From: Armatimonadota bacterium
Lineage (GTDB): Bacteria > Armatimonadota > SYMT01
DNA: 64,000 bases
Assembly (NCBI GenBank): GCA_041690135.1
Contig: JAWLHY010000002.1
Location: forward strand, 560,342-624,341
Direction of reading: 5' to 3'
Shown: piece after piece, positions 57,935 through 64,000 of the stretch
How positions within the stretch are numbered: position 1 is the first letter of the stretch
How the letters are laid out: each line of letters starts with the position of its first letter
Position numbers and translations under genes: made by a program
Notes under the pieces: model-generated
The model's database searches: none
Seen by the model: the letters and a program-made list of their open reading frames with translations, nothing else
What the model was told of the DNA's origin: nothing

Positions 57935-58015
57935 TGGGCGAGGTGGGACTCGAACCCACATGCCTCTCGGCAGCGGATTTTAAGTCCGCCGTGTCTGCCA
58001 TTTCACCACTCGCCC
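57935..58015 (-). tRNA. tRNA-Leu(UAA), CCA not encoded, no intron
   Basis: GGGCGAG acceptor stem, anticodon arm GCGGA-CTTAAAA-TCCGC, variable arm, GGTTCGAGTCC T-arm, discriminator A followed by ATA. Confidence 0.96.
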
Positions 58016-58025
58016 TAACACCAAG

Positions 58026-58034
58026 ATTGTAACA
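58026..58034 (-). promoter_or_regulatory. Extended -10 promoter of tRNA-Leu
   Basis: TGTTACAAT 10 nt upstream of the tRNA 5' end. Confidence 0.55.
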
Positions 58035-58666
58035 GCAGAAGCGCCGAATGCGCCATGGTGCAATTGGGGAAACCGTGACAGAGGGGGCAAGGACCTACCG
58101 TTTCACCTGCCGAGGCTGATCGCTGTGGGTGCGGTTTGCCAGGTGGCGGGCATCACGTTTCCCATCGCAAATGCGGACAGCGCTAAAGCGCTTGACTACA
58201 AGCCAGAGGTAGCGACTCATACCCAATTACTCTGTCGCCTCTCCTGGGCTCTTGCGAGTGGGCGTTCCGGTCCGGGGTTTGCGCCCCCCTGCCCGCATGC
58301 GGGCGCCCGTCTCCCTTCGCCCCTCCCGGGCTACGGACCGGATCAGCGCTGGAGTGCAACCGTCTATATCGGGTGGGAAGGGATCAATAGGTCCTATGTG
58401 CAACGGGGGAGCGGGCAAGCGGGTTCTGGTCGCAACGGGACCTGTGGCGCCGCGCCGGATTCACCACAATCAACGAGACGGCATGTGCCGCGCCCCGGAA
58501 GACGGCACCCGCCGAAGCCGACGACGAGTCAAAGAGCATCCCGGCCCGCCCTCAAGGAGCGTGGCGGGAGCCGCACGGGATGGTACTGGCCCCGTGGGAG
58601 GGGGACGAGGGTCCGGAAAGGACGCCGCCCCGTACGCTCGCACGATCAAGAAGAAGGAGAACAGCT

Positions 58667-59878
58667 ATGAGGCGTCTGCTCCTGCCCGCACTGGCGGGCG
58701 TGGTGATGCTGTCCGCCGTCCCCGGGCTGCCGCGCTCGGCCGGTGCGGCGCAGGGGGACGAGCCGTCCGCGGGTGGCGCTGCCCCGGCCCGCACCGGAAA
58801 GCAGAACGATCCTTCGCTCGAGATCCTGGCGCGCCTGGCACGGGCCGAGCTTCTCGCCGGTCTCACGCCGGTGGAAGGCCCCGGCCTCACGGTCTCGCTC
58901 CGGCACAGCTCACGCAAGCCGGCCCGGGGAGCGGACCGCAGTAACTACCTCCTGCACGATCGGGACGTCAACTTCATCCTGAATGCCCTGCGGGCGGCTG
59001 GGGCGGAGGCGCTGGCAATTTCGGGTGCCGGGTCGGAGGGGCCGCAGCGGGTGACCAGCAACAGCGTGGTCGTGGAGACCCGCGCCGGGTTCCAGGTGAA
59101 CGGTACGGAGATCAAGGTTCCGCTCCAGATCCTGGCGATTGGTGAGGCCGTACGTTTGCGCGCGGAGTTGATGCGCCGGGACGGCGCAATCAAAACGGCC
59201 GGGCTCGACGTGCTCCAGATGGTGCAACTCGCCGACATGCCGGTGCTACGGATTCCGGCCGCCAGGCACCTGGCGGAATTCCGCTTTGCCCGCGTGCCGG
59301 GTGCGAGCTCGGTAGTGGCCGAGGCTTCCCTGGGCGAGCCGGCAAGGCCAGTACCTTCCACGCCTGCTGCCCCGGCCACGGCTGTAGCGGGTACGACGCC
59401 GGCCTCCTCTCCCGGGTCCCTCAAGCCGGAAACTCCGCGTAATCCGGCGCAGACGGCGGTCAAACCCTCGGAGCCGTCACGCCCCGCCGCAACCGCCATT
59501 ATGCCCCGGGAGTTGCTGCCGAGCGCCCCGCAGCCAGCGACCGTTGCCGACAAAGGGCCCGAGAAACCCCCGGCGGGCGAACCCGTAGCCGTCGTTCCTT
59601 CCGGCACGCCTCCACAGCGGGAGCCGAAGGTTGTGGCGGTGACCCCCCGTTCCGCAAATTCCGCCCCTCCCGTCCAGGCGCCGGTGGAGGCCCCGGCGGC
59701 CCGTCCGGCGGTTACCGGCCCGGTCTTTGGGGGCAAAGGTTATGCCAAGTATCACGTGGCCGGCTGTCGTTTCGGAGAGCGGATCGGCCGCCAGGAGCGG
59801 ATAACCTTCGCCTCCCCGGAAGAAGCGGCGAAGGGTGGCCGGAAGCCCTGTTCGATCTGCTGTAGCGGCCGGTCCTAG
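58667..59878 (+). CDS. Exported DUF881-domain protein with a Pro/Ala linker and a C-terminal Ada-like Zn-binding domain
   Basis: AGLTPVEGPGLTVSL...LHDRD...NALRAAGAEALAI; C-terminal YH..GC...F.S.EEA...G..PC..C; AAGGAG RBS. Confidence 0.8.
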   Translation: MRRLLLPALAGVVMLSAVPGLPRSAGAAQGDEPSAGGAAPARTGKQNDPSLEILARLARAELLAGLTPVEGPGLTVSLRHSSRKPARGADRSNYLLHDRDVNFILNALRAAGAEALAISGAGSEGPQRVTSNSVVVETRAGFQVNGTEIKVPLQILAIGEAVRLRAELMRRDGAIKTAGLDVLQMVQLADMPVLRIPAARHLAEFRFARVPGASSVVAEASLGEPARPVPSTPAAPATAVAGTTPASSPGSLKPETPRNPAQTAVKPSEPSRPAATAIMPRELLPSAPQPATVADKGPEKPPAGEPVAVVPSGTPPQREPKVVAVTPRSANSAPPVQAPVEAPAARPAVTGPVFGGKGYAKYHVAGCRFGERIGRQERITFASPEEAAKGGRKPCSICCSGRS

Positions 59879-59936
59879 TTCCTTTGGATCTCCCAGGGCC
59901 AGGTGGTGTTGACAGAGGAAAACTACTGATTGGGTG

Positions 59937-60959
59937 TTACAGGCTGGGGATAACCTCCCCCACTACCTCGCCGCGGGTGTTTAGCACTGGGGGGCGGCGG
60001 AGCGGGGCCAGAGCGGTGGGGAACTCTTCCGGCAGCACGCCCAACCGCTCGAGCACCGCCAGCACGACCGGGGCCAGTGGGCGGGCGGAGCCGTCTTCGA
60101 CTTTGACGGCGATCCCGATCCCGCGGCCCAGGAGGCCGACGGCCTGGCAGCCTTCCGCCCCGCCTTTGCTGGCGAGCACGCCGGGGAGCGCCCGCATCAG
60201 CACGCTGTCGAAGCCCCCTTCTCCCCTCACCATCTCCGGTTCCGCGTTCATGGCGACGGTGATCCGGGCGGCGGCCCGCGCGTAGGGACGGTCGGGGGTG
60301 TCCGGCAGGGCCTCGGGAGCAGCCAGGCGCGCGAATCCCAGTGCCAGCTCATGCAGGGGCATCAGATACGTGGGCACACCACAGCCGTCCACTCCCCAGC
60401 GCAGGGTGGAGAGGTCGGTCCCGGCGGTGGCCTCCAGGACCTGCAGGATCTCCTGCTGGACCGGATGGTCGACCTCCCAGTAACCCCGGAGTGGCGCCCC
60501 CAACAGGCGCGCCAGGGCGAGCATGCCGGAGTGCTTGCCGGAGCAGTTGCTGTAGATCGGCGTCGGCTCGCGACCTTCGCGGATCAGCTCATCCCGGCTG
60601 GGAAGGTGGGGGACCGGGTGGGGCCCGCAGCGGAGGTCCGCTTCGGAGGCCTCGATCCTGGCCAGGATCCGCGCGACCGCCTCCCGGTGCCGGGGCTCCG
60701 CGGCGTGCGAAGCGCAGGTCACCGCGATCTCGGCGTCGCTGAACCGGAAGGCCTCCGCCGTGCCGCGCGCGATCCCGGCCAGTGCCTGGAGCGGCTTCAG
60801 CGAGGAACGGGGGTAGGTGAGGCGCTCCGGATCTCCGGCGGAGAACAGCACGCGTCCGGCCGCATCCACCACAACCACGTGGCCGTAGTGACGGCTTTCG
60901 ACTTCCGAGCCCCGGAGGACTTCGGCGAGGAGGGAAGGGGGATTCAGGTGTTCGGGCAT
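59937..60959 (-). CDS. L-asparaginase, Rhizobium AnsA-type (Asparaginase_II family)
   Basis: RG..VES.H.G, RSSLKPLQA, CASH, NCSGKH, DGCGVP, KGGAEG, KVEDG. Confidence 0.92.
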   Translation of the reverse strand: MPEHLNPPSLLAEVLRGSEVESRHYGHVVVVDAAGRVLFSAGDPERLTYPRSSLKPLQALAGIARGTAEAFRFSDAEIAVTCASHAAEPRHREAVARILARIEASEADLRCGPHPVPHLPSRDELIREGREPTPIYSNCSGKHSGMLALARLLGAPLRGYWEVDHPVQQEILQVLEATAGTDLSTLRWGVDGCGVPTYLMPLHELALGFARLAAPEALPDTPDRPYARAAARITVAMNAEPEMVRGEGGFDSVLMRALPGVLASKGGAEGCQAVGLLGRGIGIAVKVEDGSARPLAPVVLAVLERLGVLPEEFPTALAPLRRPPVLNTRGEVVGEVIPSL

Positions 60960-61170
60960 TCGGGTGATAAGGCCTTGGGACGAGCGATCCACGAATTGGA
61001 CGAATGGAGCGAATAAGGAAAGACTTGCAGGAACCCCTGTGGCCCGTTCCCCTTTATCCGTGCTGTTCCTCTCAGGAGGACACCTCGGACGAACCACCGC
61101 AATAGTTCCTCGGTGATGACCTCCGTTCCCTCTCCTTTACTCACTTGTTTGCACGTCCTGGAAGGTGGCC

Positions 61171-62100
61171 ATGAAATACGCACCGTTCGCGCCGCTGGAC
61201 CGCTCTCTTTCACGCCTCGTTCTGGGAACGATGGTCTTCAAACAGGAGACCCGGGACCTGACCTTCGCGATGATGGACCGCTGGCGGGAGTTGGGCGGCA
61301 ACGTCGTGGATACGGCTCACCTCTACAACAGCGGAGAGAGCGAGCGGGTGCTGGGTGACTACCTGGCGGAACGGGGCTGCCGGGACGAGATCGTGATCCT
61401 CACCAAGGGCGCCCACCACAACGCGGACCGGCGACGCGTGACCCCGGAGGATATCACCTGCGACCTGCGGGACAGCCTCGCCCGCCTCAAGACGGACCGC
61501 GTCGATTTGTATGTCTTGCACCGGGACGACCCCGAGTTGCCGGTGGGGCCGATTGTGGAGATCCTGAACGAGCACCAGCACGCCGGGCGGATTCAGGCCT
61601 TCGGCGGGTCCAACTGGACGACGGCGCGTTTGGACGAGGCGAATGCGTACGCGGAGGCCCACGGACTGAACGGGTTCACCCTCAGCAGTCCCCATCTGAG
61701 TCTCGCGGTTCCCAACGGGGAGATCTGGCTCGGCTGTGTGGATGCGCGCAGCCCGGAAGCGATGGCCTGGTACTCGGAACGCCAGATGCCGCTTTTTGCC
61801 TGGTCGTCGCAGGCGCGCGGGTTCTTCTCGGGCGCATTCACGCCGGAGGATAACTCGAACGAGACGGTGACCCGGGTGTTCTACAGCGAGGGCAACTGGG
61901 AGCGTCTCCGGCGCGCGCAGGAGTTGGGGGCGCGGCGCGGGTTCAGCGCTATCCAGGTAGCCCTTGCCTGGGTATTGCACCAGGCGTTCCCGGTCTTTCC
62001 GCTGATCGGGCCCGCCAGCCTGGAAGAGCTGGAATCGTGTGTCGCGGCGCTGGAGCTCGAATTGACGCCGGAAGAGGTTGCCTGGCTGGATCTGCGCTGA
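61171..62100 (+). CDS. Aldo/keto reductase
   Basis: LGT, DTAHLY, TKG, DLYVLHRDD, GGSNW, QVALAW, LIGP. Confidence 0.92.
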   Translation: MKYAPFAPLDRSLSRLVLGTMVFKQETRDLTFAMMDRWRELGGNVVDTAHLYNSGESERVLGDYLAERGCRDEIVILTKGAHHNADRRRVTPEDITCDLRDSLARLKTDRVDLYVLHRDDPELPVGPIVEILNEHQHAGRIQAFGGSNWTTARLDEANAYAEAHGLNGFTLSSPHLSLAVPNGEIWLGCVDARSPEAMAWYSERQMPLFAWSSQARGFFSGAFTPEDNSNETVTRVFYSEGNWERLRRAQELGARRGFSAIQVALAWVLHQAFPVFPLIGPASLEELESCVAALELELTPEEVAWLDLR

Positions 62101-62107
62101 GGGGCGG

Positions 62108-64000
62108 TTACTGGACGAAGCCGGTGTTGGTGCGGCCGTCGTTGAAGCAGCGGTTGATCGAGGCGGCGGCGTCGTTGAGATTCTCCACCGTCATTCCTGC
62201 AGGGAGTGCGCCGGTGCTGCCTCCGAGGACGGTGTTGCAGAGCGCGAGGACCTGGGCCACGGTGTAACCGGCCAGGGGTCCCGACTGCACCGTCAGCGCA
62301 CCCAGCCCGGTGCGGAACACGCCCGCGGCCGAGAAGTCGACGTTGAGACGGAGGCCCAGCACGTTGCCGGCGAAGTTACTCAGGCGGGCCGTGGGGTTGG
62401 TGTAACTGGTCGTTAGCACGGCGGGCTTGCCCCCTTGCGGAAGGAACCGCTCAATGGCGGAGGCGCTGGTGAAGGCGAGCGTGTAGTTTCCGCCCACGGT
62501 CACGGCCCCTCCGGGATAGACGGTAGCGAAGTGGGTCGCCAACTTTTGTCCGGGGTTGTTGCCGCTGGGTGAGGTCCCCCAGGCGCCGGCCTCGTAGGTG
62601 GTGTAAGGCCCGGTGCCGGGTGAGGCATCCGTGTAGCCGAAGGCGACGCCGGCCTGTGTGGAAGTTGCCGAAACCGTGAGGGTCGCCGCATGGGTGGTGG
62701 AGAGACCGTCGAAATCGTAGGTGGGCCGGAGTCCCGTCGGGAGCGTCGAGGTATCCACCGTCAGCGTGTAGGTGCCCGCGGTGAGGCCTGGGAACTCATA
62801 GCTACCGGTATCGTCCGTCAGCGCGGAAGCCATGAGGCCGTTCGCTCCGCTGAGGGTCACGCCCGCCTGGTTGAAGCCGGGCTCGTCGCTCTCCTGGAGC
62901 GCGTTGCCGTCGAGGTCGTACCACACCGTGCCGCTGACCAGGATCGCCCCCTGCTGGCTGCCGCCCACTCCATAGCCGAAGTCCAGCGTGAGATTGCTGG
63001 CGTTGGTGAGGGTCGCCGTGCGCTTCTGGCCTCCGGTGGTGGAGTGAAGCCCCAGGAGGGGGCGACCCGGACCGAAGTTGGCGTAGCTTACCCGCACTGT
63101 GTAGGTACCGGGCACGACGTCGAAGGCGTAATTGCCGGTCGCATCCGTCACGGTGCTCTCCAGGTAGACGCCGGCCGCGTCGAGAAGATCGATCACGATC
63201 CCGGCCATGCCGACCTCGTTTCCGTCCTGTACGCCATTGCCGCTGGTGTCGCGCCATACCCGGTCTCCCAGCAGGAGCGGACGCAGCGGTTCGGCGGGTC
63301 CGCCGTCTTCGGTCACTCCGATGATCGAGCGGTCGAACCGGAGAAAGCACCCGTTTCCCAGGTCGATTCCCGTAAGATCGAGTCGCCAGAGACCCGGCGC
63401 GAGGCGCGGCTCAGTTACGAACGAGCTATCGTCTTCCGCCGCCACCGGGCTGTAATCCGCGAGTTGCCGGAGGGCCGTACTGTCGGTCGTGATGCGGAAC
63501 TGCTCCCACTCCAGGTTTCCAGAGGGGTTGGGGATCCGGTACGCCTGCCCCCGGGGATCGGTCAGCGTGTATTCGACCGCCGGGCTGCGGCGCAGCAAGT
63601 CGAAGAAGCTGTCGTCCTCCGGTAGGCCCGTTCCCTGCGCGGCTTCCCTCTGTTCGTGCCCCAGGGTGGCGAAGGTCGGCAGCGTATCGGGGCTGTCCGG
63701 GTCGTCCGTATCGGCGCTGGGAGTGAGGGTGAGTTGGGACGGCTCCGTAACCGCCGCGGAGTTACCCAGGTCGAGATCCCCGTCCCACAGCCGCAATTCC
63801 GTGGCGCTGGTACCCAGGTCCAGGAAGAAGCGCCAGGAACCGTCGTAGGTGGTCGGCGCGTTGGCGAAGAAGAACGGGTCCGCGGGCGGATAATCGCCGG
63901 CCCAGGTGGGATAGATGTTGTAGGCGTCGGTGTACTGGTTGAGGACTCCCATGATGCCGATGCTGCCCGGCACGAGGGAGACGGTGCCCGACGTGCGCAG
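62108..64000 (-). CDS. Large surface protein with SdrD-B-like repeats, 5'-truncated by window end
   Basis: GDRVWRDTSGNGVQD..E.G...TDATGNY.F...PGTY...DFGY (two units); frame open to 64000. Confidence 0.85.
   Translation of the reverse strand: MRTSGTVSLVPGSIGIMGVLNQYTDAYNIYPTWAGDYPPADPFFFANAPTTYDGSWRFFLDLGTSATELRLWDGDLDLGNSAAVTEPSQLTLTPSADTDDPDSPDTLPTFATLGHEQREAAQGTGLPEDDSFFDLLRRSPAVEYTLTDPRGQAYRIPNPSGNLEWEQFRITTDSTALRQLADYSPVAAEDDSSFVTEPRLAPGLWRLDLTGIDLGNGCFLRFDRSIIGVTEDGGPAEPLRPLLLGDRVWRDTSGNGVQDGNEVGMAGIVIDLLDAAGVYLESTVTDATGNYAFDVVPGTYTVRVSYANFGPGRPLLGLHSTTGGQKRTATLTNASNLTLDFGYGVGGSQQGAILVSGTVWYDLDGNALQESDEPGFNQAGVTLSGANGLMASALTDDTGSYEFPGLTAGTYTLTVDTSTLPTGLRPTYDFDGLSTTHAATLTVSATSTQAGVAFGYTDASPGTGPYTTYEAGAWGTSPSGNNPGQKLATHFATVYPGGAVTVGGNYTLAFTSASAIERFLPQGGKPAVLTTSYTNPTARLSNFAGNVLGLRLNVDFSAAGVFRTGLGALTVQSGPLAGYTVAQVLALCNTVLGGSTGALPAGMTVENLNDAAASINRCFNDGRTNTGFVQ

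Noticed and set aside
57935-58015. bldA-like control through tRNA-Leu(UAA), or a tRNA integration site
   Set aside because: TTA codons occur in unrelated genes (kinases at 14733 and 19780, GT at 29753, also the SDR and HAF genes); no integrase or duplicated tRNA 3' end was seen

Overview
GC-rich bacterial chromosomal window, mostly core and accessory genes, with no integrase, transposase, prophage or CRISPR array. Armatimonadota is a plausible source (inference from a PEP-CTERM tail, HAF/choice-of-anchor-D/SdrD-B surface proteins, PilX/PilW/PilV-like pilins and the style of the sensor domains). The main feature is a ~28 kb co-directional minus-strand block (35949 to 7652). It opens with a glycan-modification operon: an NDP-sugar epimerase, a GH-A-like barrel fused to an epimerase with both catalytic glutamate positions substituted, an MDR, a GT4 and three CgeB-family GTs. 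Then come a zinc-finger membrane protein, a cytoplasmic poly-HAMP hybrid kinase with CheR and CheB but no chemoreceptor or CheA, further hybrid/PAS kinases and an Rcp1-like regulator. A hidden 40-aa ORF absent from the ORF track, consisting almost entirely of a PEP-CTERM sorting signal, overlaps the stop codon of one kinase. Elsewhere: partial SQR, nadE, GH43, a YcaQ-like glycosylase, an ABC exporter, a mycobacterial Sdh1-type succinate dehydrogenase, a 66-aa protein resembling crenarchaeal chromatin protein CC1, a DUF669/phage-SSB-like protein, an amidase, minor pilins, tRNA-Leu(UAA), a DUF881-Ada-zinc fusion, an AnsA-type asparaginase and an AKR. Many REP-like, MITE-like and short tandem intergenic repeats are present. 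All family calls come from motif recognition by eye, not from database searches.
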